53,823 nucleotides of DNA from a virus (IMGVR_UViG_3300024982_000001:1-53823); one strand, 5' to 3'; positions 16,570 to 27,857 are shown, numbered from the stretch's first letter. The notes: generated from the sequence alone by a model not told the origin. Numbers and translations: made by a program.

Positions 16570-19143
16570 TTAGTATTTAATAAACCCATTATCCCCTTGC
16601 AATAATCCAGGAACCTCAACAGAGTTTGATCCATTTAATCCAAATACAGTACCATCAGCATTATATGGATTTCCAGCTTTTAGCATGGTTGCTTTCAAAA
16701 CATATAGGTTAGAATCTACCAAAGGACCTTCCGTTTCAAAATCGCCACTTTTTACATATTTGACACCATCCATATAAACTGTATTATGCGAAAGAGCCAT
16801 AGCTGTTTTTTCCCATATAGCTTCTGTAACAGGCTCGAATATAAATTTTTTCCCTTTGTACATCTCTGAAGCCAATAAAATAACATTTGAATCTGTTTTA
16901 TGAATATTGCTTTCTTCATCCAATAAACCTTCTGCATTAGTGATTGGCATTCTTATTTTATGACGAATGCCTGTTTGATAGAAAACGTCATTATTTGTGC
17001 TATTCCAATAATTGACTTCAATAGTATCTTCATGTCTTAGTTGCACATCAATATCTTCGCTCAAAAATTGAAGTGATGGAAAACCAGTGCTGCTATTTTC
17101 TATTTTCACTTTTATAATCTCGTCGACGTAATCTCCCATATCAATTGAAAATTCATATACTTCATAAGGAAAAATATTATAAACGCTTCCAACAATAACC
17201 GATACTTCAGCGCCTGTATAAATTTCGTTTATAACCAATACATCAGCATTCTTGTTTTCATCATAAACTACAGCTTCAATTAAAAACCAAGTACCTGATA
17301 AGTTGATGTAATTTCCAAACAATCCCCATTCAGGTAGTGTTTTATTCAGCGAGTGAGTTCCGGTAATAGATCCAGTATCATAATCATAAATGTTTCCTGT
17401 AACAAAATAAATTCCAGTTTGGCCATTTCCTAAATTGTATTTCAAAGCATCCCGCTTATCTTTTATTCCAATATTATTGGTTTTTTGTAATACAGGAACA
17501 GAAGTAGAACCATCTGAAGCAGGAGTGCTTTCTGGTGAATTTGTTGTTTGAAGGTATGATGTTAAATCGCCTTCCTGCAATTGGAACTTGTCGAAAAACA
17601 TTCCAGAAAAGCCGTCGCCTGTATGGTCAGGACTTCCAGATAAGCCTCTAATCTGCATCCCGATATTTATAGTCGTGGCCGTGTTCAATCCCATCTTAAG
17701 AGCAACTCTTAAATAACCGTTGCTTTCCTCGGTATAAGATGATGAAATATAAGTGAATCCGTTTAACCCATAATTATAAAAGAATGTTTTTGCTAAAGAA
17801 TCAAAACCTACACTTACCAAGCCCGCTCCCCCAACTTCATCAATAAAAATATCAATAATCTTTAATTCATCTGGTTTCACATAGAAAGAAAAAGTATAAT
17901 CGCCAGCTAAAGCACCTTTGTCAACTTCTTGGTTGAAACTGTGATAATTATAAGTTGCATCAGGTATCACTTTATCTGCGCTTAGTATCAAATGATTTTT
18001 AACCCAAGCCGAATTACTTAAATCGCCACTATAAAGCATGATGTTGGAAGTCGCTTGTGTAGGAATCATTAAGTCAGGCGCTCTCAAAATTTTAACTTCA
18101 TTTACATCATAATTTGATTTGAATTGAGTTGTAATAATATCAGCCGTTTGGAATAATTGAGTTTCTTTATATGGACACTTCACGTCAACTTCAGAAGATA
18201 ATGTGTTTTCGTCATTTTTATAATTAGACGAGTTTCCCCAACTGACTCTTTGTGCCCATCTAATTGAATTGGATTTTGAAATATAAAAGAAAGGAGAGTT
18301 AATTCCATTTTCATCTATTGTGAAATCTATTTGAAATGAACATCCGTATTGGTCCCTAACATAAAGCGTATAATTGTCTGGAACTAATCCAGAAAACACA
18401 TTTGAAGATTGCCATACATCATTATCCAAAGAATATTCCAAGTTTAATCCCTGAGTGTTTACATTGGTAACAACCATAGTTCCACCATTAGGACTTGAAT
18501 CAGCTGCTAATGTGAAATTTGATGCTGATAATACAGATGGTAGTAATATGTTTTGAGATAATTCATTCCCATCAGCATCTTTCACTTTTAATAAGATTGT
18601 TTGACCTCTAATCCATTCGAATGACAAAGGATTGTCTGTATTTGGATTTACTACTACCGGTGATATTATTTCGGTGCTTAATACTGAAGTTTCCACATTT
18701 ACCTTTACATTTAAACAAGGACTTGAATCTGCTTGAGAAATTGAAACATCAACAAAATCAAAAGCAATTCCGCTGAAGTTACTAATATCAAAATCAACAT
18801 CCGCTTCTGTACCTTCTTCAGTTAAAAAAGCTTCGCCTCCTAAAAATGTTAATCTATGATCTAATGATTTTATAGTTACTTCATTTGTTATTCTACTAAT
18901 TAAAAATTGAGACGTTCCATTATAATCCAATCCAAAAGAAGTCATAAAATTAATTGCTGCTCTTTCTCCAACAACATCAGAAACTACTCCTGTTGTCACT
19001 TGATTCGGTAAAGACCTTAAATTAACCCATCTTTCTTCATAAGAGTTTAAAGATAGTGGAGGTGTTATTGTTGCTTCGATTGTTAAAAAACTTCCAATTA
19101 CTAAATCTTCATTGAACGTTACTTTTATTTGAGAATATGTCAT
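16570..19143 (-). CDS. Minor tail structural protein with an Ig/SprB-like repeat and a CBM-like insert
   Basis: EYSLD...NVFSGL...YTLYVRDQYGC repeat; second gene after the tape measure protein. Confidence 0.7.
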   Translation of the reverse strand: MTYSQIKVTFNEDLVIGSFLTIEATITPPLSLNSYEERWVNLRSLPNQVTTGVVSDVVGERAAINFMTSFGLDYNGTSQFLISRITNEVTIKSLDHRLTFLGGEAFLTEEGTEADVDFDISNFSGIAFDFVDVSISQADSSPCLNVKVNVETSVLSTEIISPVVVNPNTDNPLSFEWIRGQTILLKVKDADGNELSQNILLPSVLSASNFTLAADSSPNGGTMVVTNVNTQGLNLEYSLDNDVWQSSNVFSGLVPDNYTLYVRDQYGCSFQIDFTIDENGINSPFFYISKSNSIRWAQRVSWGNSSNYKNDENTLSSEVDVKCPYKETQLFQTADIITTQFKSNYDVNEVKILRAPDLMIPTQATSNIMLYSGDLSNSAWVKNHLILSADKVIPDATYNYHSFNQEVDKGALAGDYTFSFYVKPDELKIIDIFIDEVGGAGLVSVGFDSLAKTFFYNYGLNGFTYISSSYTEESNGYLRVALKMGLNTATTINIGMQIRGLSGSPDHTGDGFSGMFFDKFQLQEGDLTSYLQTTNSPESTPASDGSTSVPVLQKTNNIGIKDKRDALKYNLGNGQTGIYFVTGNIYDYDTGSITGTHSLNKTLPEWGLFGNYINLSGTWFLIEAVVYDENKNADVLVINEIYTGAEVSVIVGSVYNIFPYEVYEFSIDMGDYVDEIIKVKIENSSTGFPSLQFLSEDIDVQLRHEDTIEVNYWNSTNNDVFYQTGIRHKIRMPITNAEGLLDEESNIHKTDSNVILLASEMYKGKKFIFEPVTEAIWEKTAMALSHNTVYMDGVKYVKSGDFETEGPLVDSNLYVLKATMLKAGNPYNADGTVFGLNGSNSVEVPGLLQGDNGFIKY

Positions 19144-19148
19144 GATGT

Positions 19149-21377
19149 TTATCTATTACTTTTTAATACTTTCCAGGATCCTTTACCATTTGGTTTTAAA
19201 TTGAAAAGAAATCCTTTTTCAATCTCGTTTTTATCATTTATAAATTCTACTGTTCCATAGAAATTTGGAATTTCCTTTCCTAAAATAGTTGTTGTTTCCT
19301 GAACTTGCTGCATGATTTGAAATGTGCATTCATGCTCAAATTCTATCCATTCCGGAACAAATCTTGCTCGTTCTAAAGTTGAGTTTAAAATATTTCCACT
19401 TTCCTTATATCTGTTTGCTGCAATAATCTTTGTTTCTAATTGACTATTTCCTGTGGATGATCCATATCGTATTTTATCTAATGGATATTTTACCAATCCA
19501 GAAGCAATTACCCACCCATGTCGCAAAAGGTTATTTATCGGAGATAGCCTCAAATTATTAGCAGTTTCCGGAGAGAATATTCCAGTAGGTGCTTCTTCGA
19601 AATCATCTTGCCATTTCCTTTCAAGAAAAACATTAGTAACTCCCTTTTTCAAATCTAATAACCAAATATCTTCATCATATTGCGTGTCTAATGTGTCATA
19701 AATCGAAAATGGTTTCCTTCTGGCAAATTCTTTTCCATAACCGTCTGCTCTGAAGTTTGAAATTTTAGAAAATGTTTGCTTTAACCTGGTTATTACGGTT
19801 GTAAAATTTGATTTTCCGTTAGGCTCATCCAATCCTTGCGCTTCTTGATAATCACCACCTTTATCGTATCCTATTTCCAATGATGAAGCAAAGTAAGTAG
19901 GAGCTACTGATCTCTTTAAATTCTTCACTTGATTGCCCAGCTTTATAGTAACATTATTATTATAGAAGTAACTTAAAGGCTCTATTCTAATTCTTTCCTT
20001 ATTACTTATTTCCTCAATTCCCATTCCTACATTGAATACAGCATTTACTGAAGCAATTGTATCTCTTAGTGATGTAGTAAACGATTTAAATAAATTTGGA
20101 TAATCTTCTGTTGACAATGGTAGTTTATCGAATCCTCTGATCCAAAATCCGTGAGAAGAACCAACAAAAGCGCCTGGACCATTTACTAAATATCCTAAAT
20201 CTATTCTTCCAAAATATTCTGAATAAAATAATTTGGATTCATTAGCGCAAATAGAAGTAAGCCTGTCTATTAAATCATGAACAAATATGAATTTAGATTT
20301 TGAAGGTTCGAAAAAACTATCTTCTTCAGCAAAAACATCACCTTCTAATTCTGTCAAATTCACTCTAAATTGAGTTGTTATTCCTAAGTTACATCTAAGA
20401 AGAAAATTAAATGCGATGCTATCTCCTTCATTCACATCAAAGGTTTCGTCAAAATTCAAATTATATAAATTATCTTGAATTGACAGAATATTTGGAAAAG
20501 TAGGAGAGGAATGTCCGGCGTAAAATAATTCCCTTCTTTCTTTAAAATCATAGTTAGTGCCACCCGAGTAAACAGTCAAACAAACCTTAAAATATGCCCA
20601 ATCAAATAAACCATATACAAAATGAGGTTTAAATTTAAAACTATTGGAATGAATTCTTATTTGCCTGTCTCTATCAAAATTAGCCATCATCATCATTCCT
20701 GTTGTTCCGCCTCCTTCTCCTGCAGCGCCTGAATTGAAAAGAACAGATTGAGCCTGTTCGTGTGATTGATTTATTAAATTCATAGGAACACCCTCAACGG
20801 TACTTCTGTCATTACCGTCATCAGAATGCACTTCTAAACTTGCAACCTCACCAGGACTAACGTTTACTTCCCATTTGGATTTTAGAAATATTCTTCTTCC
20901 CTCGAGCAATACTTCATTTGTTGGCAATGCTGGTAGTATTTTACCATCCATTGTTTCCAGACGATCTACCTCAACGCTTTCGTTTTCTCTGGACTTTATA
21001 ATTTGCTCTAATCCTCCGGAATTAAATTTTATTCCTACTTGATTATTTTCAAATTCCCAGGTCGATAAATCTAAAAACCCCCAATAAATCCTAATCCATT
21101 TATCAGTTTGAGGATGTCTCTCATATTTTGATAATTTCAAGTTAGCATTGATTCCGTATATTTTAAAGGTGTTATTTATGTAGTCAGCTCCTGTTCCAAT
21201 GAATTTTAAGGAATTTGAAAACTTTGTGAATATTCCGTGATAATCTTCATTTCTGGCAAATTCTTTTTCATCAGATTTCCATCCTATAGGTTCTTCTATA
21301 GGTTCTTCTGTGTCGCTTTCTCTGCAACTAAGCACATATTTTACTCTATCAAAAAAGGCTGGATTAATATTTCCCAT
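19149..21377 (-). CDS. Tail tip/hub structural protein
   Basis: 742 aa, immediately after the tape measure gene; EPIGW and IRIEP motifs. Confidence 0.65.
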   Translation of the reverse strand: MGNINPAFFDRVKYVLSCRESDTEEPIEEPIGWKSDEKEFARNEDYHGIFTKFSNSLKFIGTGADYINNTFKIYGINANLKLSKYERHPQTDKWIRIYWGFLDLSTWEFENNQVGIKFNSGGLEQIIKSRENESVEVDRLETMDGKILPALPTNEVLLEGRRIFLKSKWEVNVSPGEVASLEVHSDDGNDRSTVEGVPMNLINQSHEQAQSVLFNSGAAGEGGGTTGMMMMANFDRDRQIRIHSNSFKFKPHFVYGLFDWAYFKVCLTVYSGGTNYDFKERRELFYAGHSSPTFPNILSIQDNLYNLNFDETFDVNEGDSIAFNFLLRCNLGITTQFRVNLTELEGDVFAEEDSFFEPSKSKFIFVHDLIDRLTSICANESKLFYSEYFGRIDLGYLVNGPGAFVGSSHGFWIRGFDKLPLSTEDYPNLFKSFTTSLRDTIASVNAVFNVGMGIEEISNKERIRIEPLSYFYNNNVTIKLGNQVKNLKRSVAPTYFASSLEIGYDKGGDYQEAQGLDEPNGKSNFTTVITRLKQTFSKISNFRADGYGKEFARRKPFSIYDTLDTQYDEDIWLLDLKKGVTNVFLERKWQDDFEEAPTGIFSPETANNLRLSPINNLLRHGWVIASGLVKYPLDKIRYGSSTGNSQLETKIIAANRYKESGNILNSTLERARFVPEWIEFEHECTFQIMQQVQETTTILGKEIPNFYGTVEFINDKNEIEKGFLFNLKPNGKGSWKVLKSNR

Positions 21378-24300
21378 TATTTCTTATTCCAATTAATATT
21401 GTTGTGTCTCCAAAACTCGTAACCAAAATCTATCTTATTATTCAAAGTGATATTGGCTTTGTTTTTCTCTATGGCTTTGGTTGTTCTCTTTAATTCATCA
21501 AGAACTTCTTTTGAGTAATAATCACCATTTGTATTTTGATATTGAAAAGCAGAATTTGCATTTTTATCAAAGCTGTTGTAATATGAAGCTTTGATATATT
21601 TTTGGTATTCATCAACTGATTTATGCACAATATCGCCTTCTCTCAAATAAGTAAATGTTGGAACATTTGGAGTAACAGTTGGATTGTTGCCAAACCTATC
21701 AGTAACAACTTCGCTAACACCACCATCTCCGGTTATTGCAAATTCCTCTTTTCCTCCTTTACGACCAGTTTTATATTTTGGGAGAGGAGTGGCCAATAAA
21801 GTAGCTAATTGAATAGCTCCAATACCGGCATAAATAGCAGCTATTGCAGAAGCAGATATACCAAAATCAAATTTTGGAACCTGAGCTAATGTGGAAATGA
21901 CAGCTAATGCAGTTGCCCCAATAATTTGAGCGGCTTGTGTAGCTTTATTGAAAACTGCGGCATCATATTCAGCTTTTCTCTTCTTTTTTTCTAGAGCAAC
22001 ACGTTTCTTTTCGCGTTCTTTTTCAAGCAAGTCTTTTTGTCTGGCATCATTTCCAGCTAATTCAATTTCATGATTGAAAAAATCATCATTCGCTTGAATC
22101 TCTGCATCTATATTGGCAATTTTAGCTTCAAAAAGGGAGTTTACCAATCCAACCAATGCTTCCTTCAACTGCATTGCCATGTCTTTGACCTGCTCATTGA
22201 AAGCGGCTTCTGCAACTGTTCTTTCGTCTAAATTTTTCTTAAAATCCTCAGTACCTAAAGCATTGAGTTCTGTTTGATATTTTTGAAGTTTGTTTTCAAG
22301 GTCTTTTCTTTTTTCTGCTGAAATTTGTGCGCTAGCTTCTTTTGTTTTATCATCATCAAGTAACTTTTGAATTTCATCAATCTGCAATTGAAGTCCCTTT
22401 TTACTGAATTCTTTCTTTATTTCATATAATCTCCTTTGGTGTTCTTCTTCGGCATTTTGAATTAATTTATGATTTCCATCCGCTGCTTCTAAAGCATTTT
22501 GGTAAAGGGTGTTTTCAGAATCAAGAACTTTTTGAAGCTTTGTGTCTTCTGCCAATAATTCAGCATCTATTTGTTTTTGAAGAATAGCGACTTCATTATC
22601 GACAATGGTTTGTTTGTCCTTAGCGCTTTTTTCTTCTAAATTTTTCTTTTCAGCATAGTATTTTTCTAATATTAACTTTTCCTCGTTGGTTAGCTTTTCA
22701 GTGGCAACCTTACCGTCTATTATTGATGCAATTCTAGCCTCAGCATCTTTTTTATATAGTTGGAACTTTTGTTTTGAAAATTTATCCAAGCCATCCAATT
22801 CAAGTGCGTTTTTTAATAAATCATTTTGAAGAGTATCAGCATTTTTAGATTCTTGAATTTGGTTTATTTCAAGCAATGCGTTTATCCTTTGTTCATTGGT
22901 GCTTTTTTCTGAATCAATGATTTTTTGATTGTTATTGATTTCATTTTGGTACCGGAACTGAGTTAATTGATAGATGGCATCATTTACTTTTCTAGCATTT
23001 TTTAAGCCATTATCAAGCTTGTCTTTTTCAGCTTTAGCGGTAGAGTAAATCAATTCCTTTTCTGCATTTAAAGAGGCTATCTTATTTTTAATTACGCGTC
23101 CTTCTTTCCCTGATTTATCGGAAAGTCCTTTTATTAAAGCTTCTTGCGCTTCGATTTCTGCATCTATAATCTCAATGGTTCTAGCAGAATTTACAACTTG
23201 TGTTTTTGTTTTTTCATCGGATGCCTTGGCTGCTTCTTTTTCGGCTTCTGTTAAACCTTTCAAAGATTTCAATCTTCCTTGAGATAAAATTAAATCTACT
23301 TTTAAAACAGATAACTCTCTTTCTTTTGCTACAATAAATTCAGTAGTTATCGAACCTTCGCCTTCTACTTTTTTAAAATTTTTAAGGTTTTCTGTTCTAT
23401 CTTTTATGCCTTTAGCTAAATCTTTCTGAAGTGAAATCTCATCATTAATCGCTTTGTTTTTATCGATTTCAAGTATTTTAGCATTTTCAACATTATACTT
23501 TTTAAGTAAATCAGTATTTAGCTTTAAAGCTTCTCCATACTTATTTACGGCACTGACTGCTCCAGGAACTACTAAAGATAATTCTTTTGTAATTCTTTGC
23601 ATTTCACTTTGCTCCGCTGCAGTTAATTTGGTTTCACCCCCTAACTTTTTTGCCTTATTCTGTAGTTCCTCATATCGGCTGCTAAGTGTTTTGGTGGCAA
23701 CCGCATTTTTTGTTAATTCATCCCTGTTTTTTAAAAACTCTTCATTTGTTTTTTTAGTTTCTTCGTTTATATCGGATAGCGATTTATTGAATTTATTCAA
23801 GGCGTATATGGCAGCTACTAAAACAGAAACTATTAATAATAAAGCATTTGCCTTTAAAGCTGTATTAAATCTTTGCCAAGCCGTAGTGGCTACTGTGGTA
23901 GCTGCTGCATTTGCGGTTTGAGCAGTTGTTCCAAATCCTGTAACAACAACGTTTGCTTGTTGTGCTACTGTTGCTTCTGTAGTCGTTAATGCAAATAATC
24001 CTTGTTGAACTCTAGCAAGAGCTACAGCTGCTTTATAGCCCAGCCAAGCCGTTACGCTGTATCCTAATACGCTTAATATTACTTTAAGATTTGTGGATAA
24101 AAATTTAATTCCAGAAGTAAGAGATATTGTAGATCCTGTTGTATTGTTAGTTTCTAAAATATAATCAGTCCAAGCGCTACTCAATATTTTAAGTTGAGAA
24201 TCAAGAGAATTTAATTGTTTATCAGTTAATTCTTTTAAGGCACCACCCGAATTTTGATAAGCTACAGTGCTATCATTTATTTTTTGAACGTTGTTAGCTA

Positions 24301-25645
24301 AAATCACACCTAGTCCAGCAGTTTGGTCTCCGAATAAATCTCCGGCTACTTTTAATAATTCTAATCCAGTAGCTCCTTTTTCTTGAGCTTCATTGATTTT
24401 TCTAAGGGCATCGTCTAAACTCAGTCCTGAAGAAGCAAGTTTAACAAAAGAAGTTTGCATTAAACGTCCCGCTCTTTCTGCTTGAACTCCATTATCCGCG
24501 AGTGTACCAATTATAGCTGCTGTTTTCTCAATACTGATACCAACTTGTTTTGCAGAAGGAGCAATATATCCAAGGGAGTTTTTTAAGCCTTCGAAATCCA
24601 ATGCTGAACGGTTGGCGGCTTCGGCAAATACATCTGTAAAATGCGTGGCTTCATCAGCTCCGGCACCAAATGCATTTAATGTAGCTTTTACTAATGTGGC
24701 ACTATCCTCAGCGCTAGCTTGTAAAGCAATGGATAAATTGTTGATTGGTTCAAGTAGTTTCTCAGCTTCTTCAGTTGTAGAACCTAATTTAATAAGTTCA
24801 GTAGCTAATTTTGCTACATCAGTAGCGCCATTAACACTCGTTCTTGCAATCTCTCTGATTTTAGATTCCAGAGGAGCAATTTCAGTTCTACTTTTACCTG
24901 CAATAGCTGCTAGGTTTACGATTTCCTTTTCAAATTCTCTTACCGAATTAAAAGCGTCTTTCATTACGCTGGCAAACAATGCAATACCAGTTACAACACC
25001 AAATGCACTAATGAGGTTTTTAAGTCCTTCAGCAGCTTGTTTTGGATAGTTACCAACGTTTCTGTTGAATGTTCCAACAGCGGCATCAGCTGCTCTTACT
25101 TTTGAGTTTAGTTTATCAAATTCTGTTTGCGCTTGTTTTAATCTGGAATTATATTGTGCTTGACTTTCAGATGCTAATTTTCCTGTTGCAATTATGTTTT
25201 TCAACCTGTCTCCAGTAATAGCTACTTGTGCTGATAGTTTTTTGTAGGCGCTTTCAAGAGCACCGTTGGCAATAGCCTGCCTTTTTATTTCAAGATTAGT
25301 TTCATTAAGAATCGTTCTTTGTTTTATATATGCTTTATTGGTTCCCTCGGTTGCTAATTCATTTTTTTTGATTGTAGAAATAAGTGCGTTTTCAAGCATT
25401 ATTTGTTCCTTCCAAATAACAATAGCCTGTTCTCCAATTGAATTTGCTTTAGCTTGACTTTCAGATAATTCTTTTATAGAAGATGATGTTCTTGATTTTT
25501 TATTAGCATCATTTAAAGCCAAAATACTATCGACAAACTCTTTGTTTTTATCAATAGCGGGTTGAATCATTTTTACATATTGTTCACCCCATTTCAAAGC
25601 TTCATCCTCTATAATTTCTTTACGTGTAATCGCGTTTGTAGCCAT
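21377..25645 (-). CDS. Tail tape measure protein (TP901-like core)
   Basis: 1422 aa, helical and Ala-rich; LGYIAP...GISIEKTAAIIGTLADNGVQAERAG core; C-terminal YKTG...GEVV-like motif. Confidence 0.93.
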   Translation of the reverse strand: MATNAITRKEIIEDEALKWGEQYVKMIQPAIDKNKEFVDSILALNDANKKSRTSSSIKELSESQAKANSIGEQAIVIWKEQIMLENALISTIKKNELATEGTNKAYIKQRTILNETNLEIKRQAIANGALESAYKKLSAQVAITGDRLKNIIATGKLASESQAQYNSRLKQAQTEFDKLNSKVRAADAAVGTFNRNVGNYPKQAAEGLKNLISAFGVVTGIALFASVMKDAFNSVREFEKEIVNLAAIAGKSRTEIAPLESKIREIARTSVNGATDVAKLATELIKLGSTTEEAEKLLEPINNLSIALQASAEDSATLVKATLNAFGAGADEATHFTDVFAEAANRSALDFEGLKNSLGYIAPSAKQVGISIEKTAAIIGTLADNGVQAERAGRLMQTSFVKLASSGLSLDDALRKINEAQEKGATGLELLKVAGDLFGDQTAGLGVILANNVQKINDSTVAYQNSGGALKELTDKQLNSLDSQLKILSSAWTDYILETNNTTGSTISLTSGIKFLSTNLKVILSVLGYSVTAWLGYKAAVALARVQQGLFALTTTEATVAQQANVVVTGFGTTAQTANAAATTVATTAWQRFNTALKANALLLIVSVLVAAIYALNKFNKSLSDINEETKKTNEEFLKNRDELTKNAVATKTLSSRYEELQNKAKKLGGETKLTAAEQSEMQRITKELSLVVPGAVSAVNKYGEALKLNTDLLKKYNVENAKILEIDKNKAINDEISLQKDLAKGIKDRTENLKNFKKVEGEGSITTEFIVAKERELSVLKVDLILSQGRLKSLKGLTEAEKEAAKASDEKTKTQVVNSARTIEIIDAEIEAQEALIKGLSDKSGKEGRVIKNKIASLNAEKELIYSTAKAEKDKLDNGLKNARKVNDAIYQLTQFRYQNEINNNQKIIDSEKSTNEQRINALLEINQIQESKNADTLQNDLLKNALELDGLDKFSKQKFQLYKKDAEARIASIIDGKVATEKLTNEEKLILEKYYAEKKNLEEKSAKDKQTIVDNEVAILQKQIDAELLAEDTKLQKVLDSENTLYQNALEAADGNHKLIQNAEEEHQRRLYEIKKEFSKKGLQLQIDEIQKLLDDDKTKEASAQISAEKRKDLENKLQKYQTELNALGTEDFKKNLDERTVAEAAFNEQVKDMAMQLKEALVGLVNSLFEAKIANIDAEIQANDDFFNHEIELAGNDARQKDLLEKEREKKRVALEKKKRKAEYDAAVFNKATQAAQIIGATALAVISTLAQVPKFDFGISASAIAAIYAGIGAIQLATLLATPLPKYKTGRKGGKEEFAITGDGGVSEVVTDRFGNNPTVTPNVPTFTYLREGDIVHKSVDEYQKYIKASYYNSFDKNANSAFQYQNTNGDYYSKEVLDELKRTTKAIEKNKANITLNNKIDFGYEFWRHNNINWNKK

Positions 25646-25648
25646 GAC

Positions 25649-26233
25649 TTATTTCTTTTTTGATTGAGATTCTAAATGTTTTATTTTGGTTTTGACTTGA
25701 TATTCATAAGCATGAAATGCCTCTACGGAACACGAGTTAAAATCAAAGGCAACATTCAACACTGCAGAATAACTTGCCATAACATCAATTATTGAATTTT
25801 CGGATTTAACGCTTTCTTCCTCTATTTTTGGAAGCTTAGCCTTTAATCGATTTATATTTATAGTAATTCCTTTTGCTTCTCTATGGATATTATCAATTTG
25901 CGATTTGTAATTAGGACTGTTTTCGTCAAATTTGTATCCTTCTGATTTTAGTAAAGAAATTATTTTTTCGTCTTTAGAAAATAATAATTGCTCACAGCAC
26001 AATTCAATTATTAAAAATCGTTTCTCCTGGTAATTGATTTCTTTTTCTAAATTAAAAACCTTGTCAACTCCTTTCTTGTTATATTTTTGATTGAATTTAT
26101 CATCTAATTCAACCCAAATTATAGCGAGTTCCTCAAGTGGTTTTTCTTCATCTGAAAGCAATGATAAATCTCCTGTTTCGTAGATTTCCATTTGAATGAC
26201 CTTTGGTAACGTTCTTAATTTATCGTATATCAT
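25649..26233 (-). CDS. Probable tail assembly chaperone
   Basis: Position immediately before the tape measure gene. Confidence 0.5.
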   Translation of the reverse strand: MIYDKLRTLPKVIQMEIYETGDLSLLSDEEKPLEELAIIWVELDDKFNQKYNKKGVDKVFNLEKEINYQEKRFLIIELCCEQLLFSKDEKIISLLKSEGYKFDENSPNYKSQIDNIHREAKGITININRLKAKLPKIEEESVKSENSIIDVMASYSAVLNVAFDFNSCSVEAFHAYEYQVKTKIKHLESQSKKK

Positions 26234-26679
26234 AATCCGAGTTCTTTTCTGTAATAATTAATTATGAATGGTTTGAATTTGTCTTCGATAACTTTATTTA
26301 AATCGGCATCGGTAAGTCCGAATAAATCATGTGAAAGCCAATTTTCAGAATCTAATATCGTTGCTGTCTTTGAATCGGTTGATCCGAACACAACCATTCC
26401 GTTTTCAACTTTTGCATATAATTTTTCTAAGAAGCTTCCAGTGTCTTTTGCATCGAATGGTTCGCCTTTCTTTTTTGCTCCTTTAGAGATAACCTCAGTA
26501 GCATAAGAATAAAAACCAATTGCATCACCATAAACATCTTTGCTCTTTTCATTTAATTGAATCCTATTCAATTCTGTTAGTTCTTTTTCAATGGACCGTA
26601 TGAAATCAAAAAAAGCTTTAGACACTATGTTTTCGTCTAATTTTTTAACCAACGCTAAATGCTCGGTGAATACGTCCAT
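26230..26679 (-). CDS. Virion morphogenesis protein (HK97 gp10-like)
   Basis: DTGSF and LFGLT motifs; located in the tail module. Confidence 0.55.
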   Translation of the reverse strand: MDVFTEHLALVKKLDENIVSKAFFDFIRSIEKELTELNRIQLNEKSKDVYGDAIGFYSYATEVISKGAKKKGEPFDAKDTGSFLEKLYAKVENGMVVFGSTDSKTATILDSENWLSHDLFGLTDADLNKVIEDKFKPFIINYYRKELGL

Positions 26680-26696
26680 TTGATTTTTATAAAAAA

Positions 26697-26730
26697 AGGA
26701 CGTTATAGAATTTTACTTCTACACGTCCTC
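26697..26730 (-). terminator. Hairpin after the major tail gene pair
   Basis: aggacgt...acgtcct with a U-run on the minus strand. Confidence 0.55.
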
Positions 26731-26751
26731 TTATACAATAAATTTAAATTA

Positions 26752-26961
26752 CTATTGTTTTGCTTCTTCTTTTGCTTCTTCTTTGGCTTCTGCCTTATTC
26801 AATGCAATTATGTCATTGAATACAGCTTTCATTTCAGCTGCTCTTTCTTTCGGAGTAATGCCTTTGAAAACGTGCGTGTTTTCAAATTGCTCTCTGAATT
26901 GATCAAAGGTTCCATTCCATCCTTCAGCGAAGGTTATCCCTTTATATTCGTGTCTGGCCAT
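26752..26961 (-). CDS. Small hypothetical tail-module protein
   Basis: ATG ORF with an EAKE-repeat tail. Confidence 0.65.
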   Translation of the reverse strand: MARHEYKGITFAEGWNGTFDQFREQFENTHVFKGITPKERAAEMKAVFNDIIALNKAEAKEEAKEEAKQ

Positions 26962-26972
26962 AACTAAAAAAA

Positions 26973-27845
26973 TTAAGATATACCAGTTACAGAAAGAGAT
27001 CCTATTGACTCATAAGAGTCTTCGGTTTTAGCAACAACACCATTAAGGTCAACAACCAATGTATTCACAAAACCAGTTCCGGTTAGCTCATAAATTCCAT
27101 TAGCATCTGCAGCTACAAATGAGTGGGTTACAGCTACTCCTAAAGCAGTTTTTAAAGTGATGTTTGCAGTTACTAATGAAGTAACAACGTCGCCAGCACA
27201 ACCAGCATCAACAGTGAATTTGATTGATGTTGCAGAAGCGGAAACAAGTTTCAATTCTACATCCATAATACCATTCAAGTCAATATGAGACCAATCTGGT
27301 TTCAATACAACAGGATGATTTTCAAATTCATTGTAATCCTCATAAGTAAGAGTTACTGGAGAATATTGGTAGTTGTCTTTTACAGCATCAACCAATTTAC
27401 CAATCTCAATAGTTACAAGTTGTCCACGAACTTTAGTTCCATCAACAGTAGTTGCTTTGATTTCTTGTGCTTCTGTGAATTCATAAACACGCATTTTTTT
27501 ACCATGAAATGATTTCAAGGCTCTATGCGAACATGGTCCAAGAACACAATTAAAGGTTCTTATTTTTTTACCTACAGAAGTACGATACTTCTTGTTTCCT
27601 TCTTTGAAAGTATCGGCAGTATCAGCAATAGCCAATTCTTCAATTTCAAATAATGGAAAGATTTTCTTTAAATCCCTGTCTGTTTTCCAATCAGCCAATG
27701 TTTTGGCAGAAGTAGCAGTTGCAAATTCTTGTTCAGAAGTCGCTAACGCATGTCGGATTACAGGAGATTGTGTACATTGCTCTTTAGCTCCAGTGTTTAA
27801 AAGGGAGTTGTCTTCTTGAGCGCATTCTACAATATGATTAGACAT
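26973..27845 (-). CDS. Probable major tail tube protein
   Basis: 290 aa, N-terminal C...NTG...C pattern, Ig-like C-terminus and position in the module. Confidence 0.65.
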   Translation of the reverse strand: MSNHIVECAQEDNSLLNTGAKEQCTQSPVIRHALATSEQEFATATSAKTLADWKTDRDLKKIFPLFEIEELAIADTADTFKEGNKKYRTSVGKKIRTFNCVLGPCSHRALKSFHGKKMRVYEFTEAQEIKATTVDGTKVRGQLVTIEIGKLVDAVKDNYQYSPVTLTYEDYNEFENHPVVLKPDWSHIDLNGIMDVELKLVSASATSIKFTVDAGCAGDVVTSLVTANITLKTALGVAVTHSFVAADANGIYELTGTGFVNTLVVDLNGVVAKTEDSYESIGSLSVTGIS

Positions 27846-27857
27846 AATATATAGTTT

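Noticed and set aside
23454-25457. Plus-strand ORFs (155, 145 and 63 aa) and similar antisense ORFs across the window
   Set aside because: They are shadows of long minus-strand genes such as the tape measure gene, with no recognisable motifs.
25649-26961. Programmed -1 frameshift in tail assembly chaperones
   Set aside because: Each ORF has its own ATG, and I could not identify a convincing slippery site linking the frames.
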